DNA of 64,000 nucleotides from Bacteroidales bacterium (GCA_045599365.1 JAZRVS010000129.1:1684-65683), one strand, 5' to 3'. Shown: positions 43,301 through 52,744, counted from the first letter of the stretch. The notes: generated by a model not told the origin, from the sequence alone. A program made the numbers and translations.

Positions 43301-43783
43301 CTATAAAGTTACCGTTGGAAATTCAGGTGGCATATACATACGAGCAGGAACATTGAAATTAACTCCGTCCATTGGATTTCTCAATTCTAACTGAATGTAA
43401 TTTGAGTTCAACGATGGCGTGTTCCAGATGACCCACTTCTTACTTTGATAAATATTTCGGTTATTCAAAATATCATCGTATAAAACAATATAACGTGTTA
43501 ATGTCGCTTTGACAAGTAATCCGTCACGAATAAATGTGGAAAACGCACCATTTGGATTCGCAATAGACATTGTTGGGCGAGAATAAGTGTCTGAACTTGC
43601 TGAAGAAAATCCAGAAAAAGATAAAGGCAAACCTGTCCAAGTTGTCCCCTGCCATTCAACTGAATTGTTGTTTTTTAAGTTAATGTAATCGCCGTTTCTC
43701 AACTTAATTTCAAACAACTGCACGTAACCGTCAGCTACTAATTTCTCGTTTTCCTCTCTGTGTGATTGTGGTAAATCTGACAT
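43301..43783 (-). CDS. gpL-like minor tail protein
   Basis: VQLFEIKL...VEWQGTTWTGLPLSFSGF...SRPTMSIANPNG parallels lambda gpL (V.LWEIDL...WQG..Y.P.P..G.GFE...RPTL.VSN). Confidence 0.75.
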   Translation of the reverse strand: MSDLPQSHREENEKLVADGYVQLFEIKLRNGDYINLKNNNSVEWQGTTWTGLPLSFSGFSSASSDTYSRPTMSIANPNGAFSTFIRDGLLVKATLTRYIVLYDDILNNRNIYQSKKWVIWNTPSLNSNYIQLELRNPMDGVNFNVPARMYMPPEFPTVTL

Positions 43784-44178
43784 TATTCGGCAACCTCTTT
43801 TAGTGTAACTGTGAAATCTGAAACAACACCAAAGCCGTCCCCAACTGGTTCTGGAACATCCAACGGCTCGGCAAATCTAACTGGAACGTGACCGAATTGC
43901 AAATCTTTATAAATAAAAGTTTCCCACATATTCATCGTTTCGTAAAACGAACACAACGCAGCAACGTTGTTTTTGTTTTTGTAAGAATTATAATCAATCG
44001 TTCCGTCATCATTAAAATAGTAACGCCAACCAGAAAAAGATAATGTGAATTCTTTTATCAAAGGAGAATCTGGCTTTGAAACATAAGAATAACCTTTTCC
44101 TAAATCAATGGAGTTCGTGTTTCTCACATATTTAAACCGTCTTTTGTGGTTCATAAAATTATCAAAATTTTCTGCCAT
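43783..44178 (-). CDS. gpM-like minor tail protein
   Basis: Trimmed to MAENFDNF... GKGYSYVSKPDSPLIKEFTLSFSG parallels lambda gpM FGDGYSQR....L..Y.VTL. Confidence 0.65.
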   Translation of the reverse strand: MAENFDNFMNHKRRFKYVRNTNSIDLGKGYSYVSKPDSPLIKEFTLSFSGWRYYFNDDGTIDYNSYKNKNNVAALCSFYETMNMWETFIYKDLQFGHVPVRFAEPLDVPEPVGDGFGVVSDFTVTLKEVAE

Positions 44179-44180
44179 TT

Positions 44181-47100
44181 TTATTTCCTTCCTGCCACAA
44201 CGCTTTGAATTAAACGTTTTGTTGTTCCACCAGTTAAAATGTCTTTTGAAATTGTCGCAATAACATCGTTCGGTCCCATTTGAGCTTGTTGTTCTTCTGC
44301 TACAACCCAAACATTGACAACACTTCCAGAACTGTCTTTTTCTTCGTATGTCAAACCAGGTTGTAATGCTGACAACGTTCCTTGAGCGTCTTTGTTTAAT
44401 GCATATAAGAAATCTTCGCCTAATTGTGACACAGCTGATTTCTTCATAACAAATTCACCTGGCATAAGTTTAGCATTGACCGAATCTCTATTTGCCAGAG
44501 CTCCTCTTACAGAGCCACCAGTTGCAAAATGTTGACGACCTACAATTCCTCCTTCTGCTTTATTCTCAGTTGCACCAGTTGAAAGTTTTGCTACAATTTT
44601 CAGCCACCCATCTGTTGCAGCGTCAAGAGCTTGAAATATCAAAGCTTTTATTGACAATTCAATTAAAAGGTCACCAACGGATTTTAAAATTGACAAAGCC
44701 ATATCTTTAATAGATTGTCCAATAGACTTACTTCCGTCCCCCACAGATTTAACTGCGTCAGTGAAGCTTTTTGCAAATATATCAATTCCTTCAGTTGTTG
44801 CCGTAATAAGTGTTTGTTTAAAATCTTTGACATTTTCATTTGCTTTTTTCCATTTTTCAGCAGCTTGGTCAAAAATTCCAAGCTCTTCTGTCTTTTTTCC
44901 ACCAGAGGTTTGACCTCGCAAATAAGCAATTCTTTCTTCTGTGTCCAAAATTTGTTTCTCTATTGAAAGCTGTGTTTCAAGAGTTTGATTGTATTCGGCT
45001 TTCTTTTCGTTGTTTCCTTTCAAACCTTCCAATAAAACTTTGTTTCTTTCAGCAAAAGATTTTTGAATTTCAAGCAATTTTTCTTGCAAAACAATTTCTT
45101 TCGGAGTCGCTTCTAATTCAAGACTATGAATTTTCTCTTTTGTTTTTGCGTATTCGTGAGTTTGACTTAATTCAGCTTTTGACAAACCTGACAAATAACC
45201 AGATTGTATCTTTGCTTCCCTTGCTTCTGGAATTTCAGAAATAGAACGCTTGATGTCTTGAGTTGCTCGTTTTAATTCGTCAGCAAGTGTTCTTGTCGCA
45301 GAACCAAGTCGTTGATTGTGTTCTTTTATTGTTGCCTTTTCGTCAACTTGTGCCAAAGCAAAAGCTCTATCTCTTTGAAGTTCTCTCTTTTTTTCAGCCT
45401 CTTGTTCAGCTTCAATAAGAGTTTTGTATTTTATTTCAATATATTTTTTCTCTTCAGAAACAGCTTGAGATAATTCCTCAGTTGTCTTTTTGCCGTCAAC
45501 TTCAACACTAATTCCTTTTTCTTTAAAGAATTTTTCACGTTCAACTCTTTTACTTGATTCTTTGATTTCCTTATCAAGTTCTTTTATTGAATCTGCGATT
45601 TTATTCTCTACTGTTTTGTTGACACCTTTGAGAGAATCTAAAATAAAGTCAAACAAAGAGCTAACTTCATTAGGAATTTCACCAAGATTAGGATTTTTTT
45701 CAATAATATCTTTTATCTTTGTGTTATATTTATCGTAAGTTGAAGATATTGTTTCACGAACATCAAGCAAAACTTTGTTATATTCTTCTTCTGTGATTTC
45801 ACCTTTCGCAAATTTAGAAGACGCTTCTTCAAATTTTTTCTTTTGCTCTGTTACAAATTTTGCAACGTTTCTTGACATATCAATAGCTGTAAATTGATTT
45901 TCTGAAATGCTTACATTCATATCTTCCAGTGTGTCAATCAATTTAACTTGAAGAGCGTTATTATAAATCTTTAATTGTGCAGAACGTTCTTTTGCATTTT
46001 TTATTGCCATAATTCTTTCTTGAATGGCACTTCTTTCGTCTTCATCGGAAGCCAAAACTTCTTGGAAAAGTCTTTCATACATATCTTGCTTGAATTTATA
46101 GACTTGTCCTTGACCAGTAAATGAAGCTATCGTTGCGTCAAAAATATTTCCTTTGTGTTCAGTTCTCAAAAGAGCTTGCTGTTCTTTAAGAAGTTCTGTT
46201 TTTTCTAACTGTTTTTGAATTCTAAATTCAGCCATTTTGGCAATGACTTGCTCGTAAGAATCAGACAAATCAAGAAGGAATAATTTTTCATCTTTAAAAG
46301 ATTTGTTCAATTCAATAATTCTTTTTCTTAATTCTTGAGAATTTGTTGAATACAAAGTTGATTTTTCAACCATCTCTGTCATTCTTTCTGAAACAGTAGC
46401 TGTCGTTTGAGCGTTTGTTTGTAACTCTCCTTCAACTGTAGCTAAATCTTTTTTATAAACACCTAAAGCTTTTGAAATATCGTCCCAATAAGAATAAACT
46501 AATTGAAGAGCACCGAACCAAAAACCAAAAGATGTCAACATTGCTTTTATAGCCGTCGTCAAACCTTTAACAGCAACTGTGAATTTTCCAATCGCACTTG
46601 TTGCTGCAATGGTGTCTTCAGCAACTTTTTTTAATTTGAGAACTGCAAGAACTTTAGTAAAAGCTAGAACAATGTTCTTTAATGTCGTAAATGTAACTCC
46701 TAATGTTCCCAAAGCTCCTATCAATTTTCCAACAGGAGTTCCTGCCAAATTAGTCAACAATTCAACTAATTTTGTAACAATTGTTAAGGCTGGTGCGAAA
46801 GCTCTATTCATCGTTTCCGACATAACATCTCGTAAAGATTGCCAACGTGAAAGAACGGTGTTCATTTGAATTTCGTTGGCTCGCATAGCAGCACCTTCTT
46901 CTAAAAACGCATCTCTCAACATATCCATTGTATTTAATTGAGATGTAGCAGCTAAATAGAATGAAGCAGCACGTCTATCTAATGCGTTGAAAGCTTCAAC
47001 TGAACCAAATCCAGCTTGCTTTAACGTTTTCAAAACGTTTGTTAAACCACGAGAACGAATGTCAACATCGTCCAATGTCAAGCCAAGTTTTTCTAATTGC

Positions 47101-48134
47101 TTTTGTAATTTCTTTGTCGGAGCAACCAATTCAGTAGCCAAAGCACGAGAACCTGTACCAACAACTGAACGAGCTTTCAAACCAGCATTCGTAACGGCTG
47201 CAAATAACGCAACTGATTCTTCAAGAGAAACTCCTAAATCAGCAAATGCAGAACCAGCATATTGAATACCTTGAGCAATAGTTCCAATTTCTGCTTTCGT
47301 TTTATTGACGGCAGTTGTCAAAATGTCAGCTACGTGTGCCATTTCACTTGCTTGCATATTCCAAACAGTTATGGCAGATGTGCCGACTTGCACAGATTGA
47401 GCCAAATCAGTTCCAGTTGCTGAAGCCAAAACTGCGATTGAACCTAATGCTGATTTGATTTCTTCTGCTGAAAAACCTGCTTGACCTAATGTAACTGTAG
47501 CTTTTGCTAATTCTTCGTTTGAGAAACGTGTTGATTCACCAACTTTGAAAATTGTATTTTTCAAGCTTGTCATTTGAGAATCAGTTGAGGCAGTAATAGC
47601 TTGAATGTTGGCAAATTCTTTTTGTAAAGTAGCAACTTCACCAATGCTTTCTTGAACTGCGCCAACCATAAGATTGATTGCACGATAAGAAGCATAAATT
47701 CCAAGACGCTTTCCAATATCAGAAAACGAATCTTTCATAACTTTGGCTAAACCAGTTAACTTTACTTCGGCTTCTTTTGTTACCTCACCAGTTTCTTCAA
47801 CTTTTTCATTGACTTCCTGCAAACTTTCAGCAACGGTTTTGTTGGTTTTGTCAACACCTTTTAAATTTTGATTAAATCCAGAAATCTCTGTGGCAATTCC
47901 TTTTCTCAAACCGTCACGAAGTTCGTCAAGCATAACTTTGAAATTCGTCCCACCAGCGCTAAATTGGTTTAACGCTTTTCCCAATCCTTTAATTGATTGT
48001 AAATCAAACTTTAATTGTTCAAGTTCTTTTAGTTGCTTTACTTTATCTTTTAAAACGCCGAGCTTGTCGTTTGCATTTTCGTACCCAACTAACTCTAACT
48101 CAACTCTTACTTTACTTTTATCTCCGTTTGCCAT
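44181..48134 (-). CDS. tape measure protein
   Basis: 1317 aa, helical and hydrophobic-patch rich. Sits between the chaperone pair and the gpM-like gene. Confidence 0.9.
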   Translation of the reverse strand: MANGDKSKVRVELELVGYENANDKLGVLKDKVKQLKELEQLKFDLQSIKGLGKALNQFSAGGTNFKVMLDELRDGLRKGIATEISGFNQNLKGVDKTNKTVAESLQEVNEKVEETGEVTKEAEVKLTGLAKVMKDSFSDIGKRLGIYASYRAINLMVGAVQESIGEVATLQKEFANIQAITASTDSQMTSLKNTIFKVGESTRFSNEELAKATVTLGQAGFSAEEIKSALGSIAVLASATGTDLAQSVQVGTSAITVWNMQASEMAHVADILTTAVNKTKAEIGTIAQGIQYAGSAFADLGVSLEESVALFAAVTNAGLKARSVVGTGSRALATELVAPTKKLQKQLEKLGLTLDDVDIRSRGLTNVLKTLKQAGFGSVEAFNALDRRAASFYLAATSQLNTMDMLRDAFLEEGAAMRANEIQMNTVLSRWQSLRDVMSETMNRAFAPALTIVTKLVELLTNLAGTPVGKLIGALGTLGVTFTTLKNIVLAFTKVLAVLKLKKVAEDTIAATSAIGKFTVAVKGLTTAIKAMLTSFGFWFGALQLVYSYWDDISKALGVYKKDLATVEGELQTNAQTTATVSERMTEMVEKSTLYSTNSQELRKRIIELNKSFKDEKLFLLDLSDSYEQVIAKMAEFRIQKQLEKTELLKEQQALLRTEHKGNIFDATIASFTGQGQVYKFKQDMYERLFQEVLASDEDERSAIQERIMAIKNAKERSAQLKIYNNALQVKLIDTLEDMNVSISENQFTAIDMSRNVAKFVTEQKKKFEEASSKFAKGEITEEEYNKVLLDVRETISSTYDKYNTKIKDIIEKNPNLGEIPNEVSSLFDFILDSLKGVNKTVENKIADSIKELDKEIKESSKRVEREKFFKEKGISVEVDGKKTTEELSQAVSEEKKYIEIKYKTLIEAEQEAEKKRELQRDRAFALAQVDEKATIKEHNQRLGSATRTLADELKRATQDIKRSISEIPEAREAKIQSGYLSGLSKAELSQTHEYAKTKEKIHSLELEATPKEIVLQEKLLEIQKSFAERNKVLLEGLKGNNEKKAEYNQTLETQLSIEKQILDTEERIAYLRGQTSGGKKTEELGIFDQAAEKWKKANENVKDFKQTLITATTEGIDIFAKSFTDAVKSVGDGSKSIGQSIKDMALSILKSVGDLLIELSIKALIFQALDAATDGWLKIVAKLSTGATENKAEGGIVGRQHFATGGSVRGALANRDSVNAKLMPGEFVMKKSAVSQLGEDFLYALNKDAQGTLSALQPGLTYEEKDSSGSVVNVWVVAEEQQAQMGPNDVIATISKDILTGGTTKRLIQSVVAGRK

Positions 48135-48776
48135 TTACGTTTTCCTTCATTCTAGCAACTAATTCATTCACAGATGACACATTATGAACTCGGTCTGGTG
48201 TCGGTTGTCCTTTCTTCTTTCCACCACCTAATGCCATTGAAACAATAGTAGCAAAAGTTTCGTGATTTTGCAAGAGTTTCATTTGCTCAAATTGAATAAA
48301 ACTTTCAACTCCCATAACAATTTCTCGGTATGTGAGTTGAAAGCTCAATTCTCTGAAAGTTTTTCCGAAAGCTAAAAATACACTTTTTTCAAAATCAACG
48401 TTTTTTATCCAGCTTGAGAAACATTTGAACCCATCTTGGTTGCCAGTTTCTCTGCTTTCTCCTGCAGTTGCTTTGCTTTCTGAATTTTCTCTATAAAAAA
48501 ATCGCTTACGTGTTCTCCACAGAATTCAATGATTTTATTGTAACTATCAACATCTAATGTGAAAACACTTGCTTTTTCACTAACAACTTCGCCTTTTTCG
48601 TTGTAATTTTGTAAGCAAAGTTTGACAACTTCTTCTTGAACGTTTGTGTCAACATAAATTGCAGGAAGATTGTCAATCCCACCAATTGTCGTGATAATTC
48701 GGGATAATAAACCTGCATACATAACAATTTCAACGTCTTTGTCTGCCACTTTTAAAATTAAGCTGTCATTCGCCAT
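48118..48776 (-). CDS. gpG-T-like fusion via putative -1 programmed frameshift
   Basis: A run of seven T on the coding strand (48501-48495) lies in-frame as gaT TTT TTT. By hand translation the -1 frame is open from there to 48118 and overlaps the tape-measure start. Confidence 0.5.
48405..48776 (-). CDS. tail assembly chaperone (gpG-like)
   Basis: 123-aa ORF directly upstream of the tape measure, following its own promoter. Confidence 0.7.
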   Translation of the reverse strand: MANDSLILKVADKDVEIVMYAGLLSRIITTIGGIDNLPAIYVDTNVQEEVVKLCLQNYNEKGEVVSEKASVFTLDVDSYNKIIEFCGEHVSDFFIEKIQKAKQLQEKAEKLATKMGSNVSQAG

Positions 48777-48810
48777 AGTAATTCCTTTCTTTTTAGTTGA
48801 ACGATAACTA

Positions 48811-48839
48811 AATATAATCTTTTTAAATTAACTTGTCAA
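48811..48839 (-). promoter_or_regulatory. sigma70-type promoter for the chaperone / tape-measure genes
   Basis: The minus strand reads TTGACA (48839-48834), 17 nt, TATATT (48816-48811). Confidence 0.55.
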
Positions 48840-48846
48840 CTAAAAA

Positions 48847-48870
48847 AGAGAGCTCGTTTCCGAACTCTCT
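48847..48870. terminator. bidirectional-looking terminator hairpin after the major tail gene
   Basis: AGAGAGCTCG-tttc-CGAACTCTCT (9 of 10 bp paired), flanked by an A-run upstream and a T-run downstream. On the minus strand a TTTTT follows the hairpin. Confidence 0.65.
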
Positions 48871-48893
48871 TTTCACAACCATCTTAATACAAA

Positions 48894-49724
48894 TTATCGT
48901 GTTAAAATGTATGCGTTTGCGATTGAAGATAAACCTCTGAAATAATCAAACATAGCGTCTGATTTTGTCAAAGCATAAGGTTTGATTTCAAACGGCATAT
49001 TGCTGTAATCGTCTGTCGTGAAACCAAGTGTCATACCAGAAGTGATTTTTGCTTTTGGAATGATGATTGTCACTGGTTCGTTTCCGTTTGGTAACATACC
49101 AACAATTTTCACACCTAAATATGGTTGTGGTTTGTCTGAACCAACTGGAATTACGTTGACAGTTTGCACTTTGTCACCAGCTGAGAAGTTCCAACCCAAT
49201 GGGATAGCTTCTGATAATGTGATTGTAACTTTGTTTGTTGCAAAAGTAGCAGATTCAACAACTGCTAAATACACTTTATCAAATTCTTCAGTTGAAGAAG
49301 CTTGTAACATAATTTTTGTTCCTTTAGGGAATTTGCTTGTAATGTCACTGTCAGCTACGATTGAAACAGTAGTTGCAGAAGAACCACCTGTGACAGCTGC
49401 TGATAAAGCGTATGTGCCACCAGTAGCGAATTCGTTACCGTCTAATTGTGCAGCATAAGCCAAGTTGCTAGCTGTGTATTCATAAACTTCTGTGCTGATT
49501 GTTGTGTCAACGCCTGTAACTTGTGAGTCAACTGTCGTACCACGAATGCCGTATTTCAATTCAACTTCACTTGTTTCAGATGTCATTGTAACATTTTTAA
49601 CTAAACCCAAAGAGTGTTCTTCAGGGTTTAACTCTAAAATTTTATCCATTGGACCGACCATAAGTGTAGCCACACCAATGTTAAATTTATCTGTGATAGG
49701 TCCACCAACGCCTGTACTACTCAT
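48894..49724 (-). CDS. major tail (tube) protein, putative
   Basis: 276-aa ORF immediately upstream of the chaperone pair, followed by a terminator hairpin. Called from position only. Confidence 0.6.
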   Translation of the reverse strand: MSSTGVGGPITDKFNIGVATLMVGPMDKILELNPEEHSLGLVKNVTMTSETSEVELKYGIRGTTVDSQVTGVDTTISTEVYEYTASNLAYAAQLDGNEFATGGTYALSAAVTGGSSATTVSIVADSDITSKFPKGTKIMLQASSTEEFDKVYLAVVESATFATNKVTITLSEAIPLGWNFSAGDKVQTVNVIPVGSDKPQPYLGVKIVGMLPNGNEPVTIIIPKAKITSGMTLGFTTDDYSNMPFEIKPYALTKSDAMFDYFRGLSSIANAYILTR

Positions 49725-49762
49725 TTTTAAATTCCTTTCCTATGAATAACGTTATTTCACTC

Positions 49763-49791
49763 TTGCATTTTATAAAAATGTGTGTTATATT
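49763..49791 (+). promoter_or_regulatory. sigma70-type promoter of the antisense RHH-like mini-gene
   Basis: TTGCAT 49763-49768, 17 nt, TGtTATATT 49783-49791. Confidence 0.5.
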
Positions 49792-49820
49792 TCAATAGTT
49801 ATTTTTTAACAGGAGTGAAC
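49790..49820. repeat. 31-bp element, copy A (TTTCAATAGTTATTTTTTAACAG core)
   Basis: 23-nt perfect core and 28 of 31 positions identical to 55650-55680. Confidence 0.8.
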
Positions 49821-49824
49821 AAAA

Positions 49825-50004
49825 ATGATTGAAGAAAAAAGAGCATTAACAATTTCAATTCCAGCAAGTTATTACAATTTAATTGAAAAAACAAGACTTG
49901 AAGAAAAACGTACTAAAGTTCAACAAATCTTGTTTCTTCTTGATAAGGGAATAACTGCTTATTACGGAAAACCTATCTCGTCTTTGCTGAAAGAAGACAA
50001 CTAA
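49825..50004 (+). CDS. ribbon-helix-helix-like small protein (59 aa, below cutoff)
   Basis: AGGAGTG RBS. Hand translation MIEEKRALTISIPASYYNLIEKTRLEEKRTKVQQILFLLDKGITAYYGKPISSLLKEDN. KRALTISIP plus a helix is a typical RHH N-terminus. Confidence 0.5.
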   Translation: MIEEKRALTISIPASYYNLIEKTRLEEKRTKVQQILFLLDKGITAYYGKPISSLLKEDN

Positions 50005-50440
50005 CGTCAACATATTGAGCCATTCGGTTGTCGGCTTTTGACATAGGCATAACTTCAGTTCCAGAAGTAATGTTTAACGAAGTTATTATTTCACTTTCTT
50101 CGTTAAATACGTTTATTGTGTTTCCAGAAAGAAATCTTGCAAAAACATAAGAAACTATCTTTGAAAGACGAATTCCATTTTTGTCGTTCATTGTTGAGCA
50201 AACAACATAAAACGAATTGCGAACAACTCCGTCTTCATCATAGGTCGCATAAGAACGCAATCCAATGACGTCGTTTTGAATTAACTCAAAATTTTCTGCG
50301 TGTGAATCAAAGTCAAAAAAAGTGGCGTCTTTTGATATTTCTAATTCTTTTACCACTCTGCAACAATCAGAAATAGCTCTGATTACAGATGAACGTGATA
50401 AATAATAAATCTTTGCGTTAAATTCCTGCTGTTTATTCAT
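49973..50440 (-). CDS. hypothetical head-tail connector or tail completion protein
   Basis: Packed late ORF between the capsid and tail genes. Confidence 0.5.
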   Translation of the reverse strand: MNKQQEFNAKIYYLSRSSVIRAISDCCRVVKELEISKDATFFDFDSHAENFELIQNDVIGLRSYATYDEDGVVRNSFYVVCSTMNDKNGIRLSKIVSYVFARFLSGNTINVFNEESEIITSLNITSGTEVMPMSKADNRMAQYVDVSCLLSAKTR

Positions 50441-50450
50441 TTACAACTCC

Positions 50451-51101
50451 TTATTTTAATTCTAATTTATAACCATTTCTTTTCAATTCCTCGTTTATCT
50501 TTCGTGGAATTTTATATTTAACATAATATTGAGCCATAGGCTCAAACAAAGGACGCAATTCTTCGTTGCTTTTTCCCTCACTTCCACTCACAACACCTGT
50601 AATTTTTGTTTCTTGTGTTTTACTTCCTTTTCCAGATTCGTTTTGTATAAATCTCTTCGTTCTATAATGTCCCAAACTAACATCTAAAGCAAATCTTCTA
50701 TAATAACTATTTCTTATTTTAATAGGCTGATATTTAATAAGTTTAGTGCTTGGAAAATAATCTTCAACAGAAACAGTTGTCAAAAAATCTTGTAAGTGAG
50801 TAACTCCTTCTTCACCACTTCTCCATTTTCTTCCGTTTCCTTTTGCAGCTCGTGTTGTTGATTTCAAATTTTTCCAATGGATATTTGAGAAAACGGCACT
50901 ATAGTTCTCTTCTCCAGTGTTTCTCGGTTTGAAATATTTATCCATAGCTGATGAAACTTCTCTGAAATATCCTTCTTGAACTCTTCTCGTCACAGAATAA
51001 GCAATTTTTGCAATATCTTCAAAGCGAGATTCACTAATGCGAATCGCTTTTTCCATAACTATTTCACTTATTTTTTCTATGAAATCATTGTCTTTGGACA
51101 T
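50451..51101 (-). CDS. hypothetical head-tail connector protein
   Basis: Packed late ORF. Confidence 0.5.
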   Translation of the reverse strand: MSKDNDFIEKISEIVMEKAIRISESRFEDIAKIAYSVTRRVQEGYFREVSSAMDKYFKPRNTGEENYSAVFSNIHWKNLKSTTRAAKGNGRKWRSGEEGVTHLQDFLTTVSVEDYFPSTKLIKYQPIKIRNSYYRRFALDVSLGHYRTKRFIQNESGKGSKTQETKITGVVSGSEGKSNEELRPLFEPMAQYYVKYKIPRKINEELKRNGYKLELK

Positions 51102-51639
51102 TTGCTACAGTTGCTCCTACATAATGTTCGGAACGCATTACAACAAATCTTTCGTCTTTGTCATTGACAAGAATATCATTAACTTGCAATTCTTTGTTCG
51201 TTACGACATTGTATTTGTCAAACTTGATTTGCATTGTGTCCATACTTTTTCCGTCATCTTCAAACGCACAATACAAGTTGCCTAAATCTTCATATTCACC
51301 AGAGTCACTTAATTCACCAGAAACAGGGTCTTCAATGAACTTTGCACGAAGCCAGTTCATCTTTGTTTCAACGATTTTTAAAGTGAATAATTTTTGAGTT
51401 GAACCTAAACTTTCCTCTGGCATATCGTCCATACACATAACTGCACGATTGAAATTAGTGAAAAAAATGTCACCAACTTTTACATTCGCTGTCGGAGATG
51501 TGTATAAAATCGTACCACCAATGGCGTAGTTTGTGTAACGACCAGTTAAAGGAGATTTACCAATCAATCCTTTGAAAAAAGAACCGTCTTCTTTTCTATA
51601 AACTTTATAAAAGTTGCGTCCAACTCTCTTTAAGTCCAT
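51085..51639 (-). CDS. hypothetical head-tail connector protein
   Basis: Packed late ORF. Confidence 0.5.
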   Translation of the reverse strand: MDLKRVGRNFYKVYRKEDGSFFKGLIGKSPLTGRYTNYAIGGTILYTSPTANVKVGDIFFTNFNRAVMCMDDMPEESLGSTQKLFTLKIVETKMNWLRAKFIEDPVSGELSDSGEYEDLGNLYCAFEDDGKSMDTMQIKFDKYNVVTNKELQVNDILVNDKDERFVVMRSEHYVGATVANVQRQ

Positions 51640-52388
51640 TATTGACCTCCAGTAAATATGTCGTCAAAACTTCCGATTACAAATCCAAGTGTCATACTGT
51701 CAGCTGTGTCGCCAGTTATTTCGTCAGTTAGCTCTTCTAATTCACCTTTTAAACGTGAGATTAAATCCATAAAATCGTCTTTTGTCATTGTAAAACGAGT
51801 TTGACTTACAATAGAGTCCGATTCAATCTTTGCAACAATAATCGGTAAAGCAACTTCTAACGAAATTGCAGAAGTCAATGCAATCATGCGATTCGCTTTT
51901 TGTGAAGTTAATCCAAAAGAAGTTATTGCTTCGTCAAACTCATCTCCAAGATTTTGCTTAACTTTTAAATACGATGAATACAAGTCAAGCATATCGTCAG
52001 TTATAACGTTTGAAGTTAAACCGAATATATTTCTAACGTCATCTTTTGTGACCGTGTACGGAACAAATTTTATAATTCTATACGGAACTCTCTTGTGTAT
52101 GTAACTTCCATTAAGCGTACAAGTTACGTCAACAAAACGAATCGTAAAATCAGAACTTTCTTCAATAGTATTTATATCACAAGGAAGTGGAATTTGAACA
52201 ATAGACGGATTTGTTGCGTTTATTGCTAAATCAATTTCTTTGAAATTCTCAAGTGGAACTCCGTTTGTATCTAAAATTGAATACACAATGCTGTCACGCC
52301 CTTCTTGAAACGAAATAAAATTTTCTTCTCCGTTTTCAATAAGAGGTATTTCAATCGTGTGACTTGTTGCAACAAATACGTCAATCAT
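51639..52388 (-). CDS. hypothetical head-associated protein
   Basis: Packed late ORF. Confidence 0.5.
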   Translation of the reverse strand: MIDVFVATSHTIEIPLIENGEENFISFQEGRDSIVYSILDTNGVPLENFKEIDLAINATNPSIVQIPLPCDINTIEESSDFTIRFVDVTCTLNGSYIHKRVPYRIIKFVPYTVTKDDVRNIFGLTSNVITDDMLDLYSSYLKVKQNLGDEFDEAITSFGLTSQKANRMIALTSAISLEVALPIIVAKIESDSIVSQTRFTMTKDDFMDLISRLKGELEELTDEITGDTADSMTLGFVIGSFDDIFTGGQ

Positions 52389-52390
52389 TC

Positions 52391-52723
52391 TTATTTACCT
52401 TTTCTTGATTTTGTTTTTGGTTGAGCTTCTTCTTTAACTTCAGCTACTACTTCTTCTTTAATTTCAGCTACTACTTCTTCTTTTTTCTCAAACTTTTTAA
52501 TATATTCTTTAGGGCTATCGCTCCCAAATTCTTTAATAAAAGCCTTATAATCGTCGTCATTTGCTTCGTCGTCCACATAAAAAAGAGAAATTAAGTTTCT
52601 GCCTTCCCAATTATCCATAACAGGATAAATGTCTTTGACACGATAACGAGATGAATCAATAAAATCAGCGTCAGGCAAAACTAAAACTGTTGATTCACTA
52701 TTTGTTTTAACTAAAACTTTCAT
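52391..52723 (-). CDS. hypothetical protein with EEVVAE(I/V)KEE repeat tail
   Basis: First ORF after the capsid-gene hairpin. C-terminal direct repeat EEVVAEIKEEVVAEVKEE. Confidence 0.5.
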   Translation of the reverse strand: MKVLVKTNSESTVLVLPDADFIDSSRYRVKDIYPVMDNWEGRNLISLFYVDDEANDDDYKAFIKEFGSDSPKEYIKKFEKKEEVVAEIKEEVVAEVKEEAQPKTKSRKGK

Positions 52724-52744
52724 TTTATCTCCTTTAAGTTTTAA

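Noticed and set aside
44492-47265. Numerous + strand ORFs of 70-134 aa antisense to the tape-measure gene. Similar antisense ORFs sit inside the fibre, gpJ-like, SbcC-like and polymerase genes.
   Set aside because: They are typical shadow ORFs of long, compositionally biased genes. They lack RBSs and would break an uninterrupted 1317-aa reading frame that has the expected synteny.
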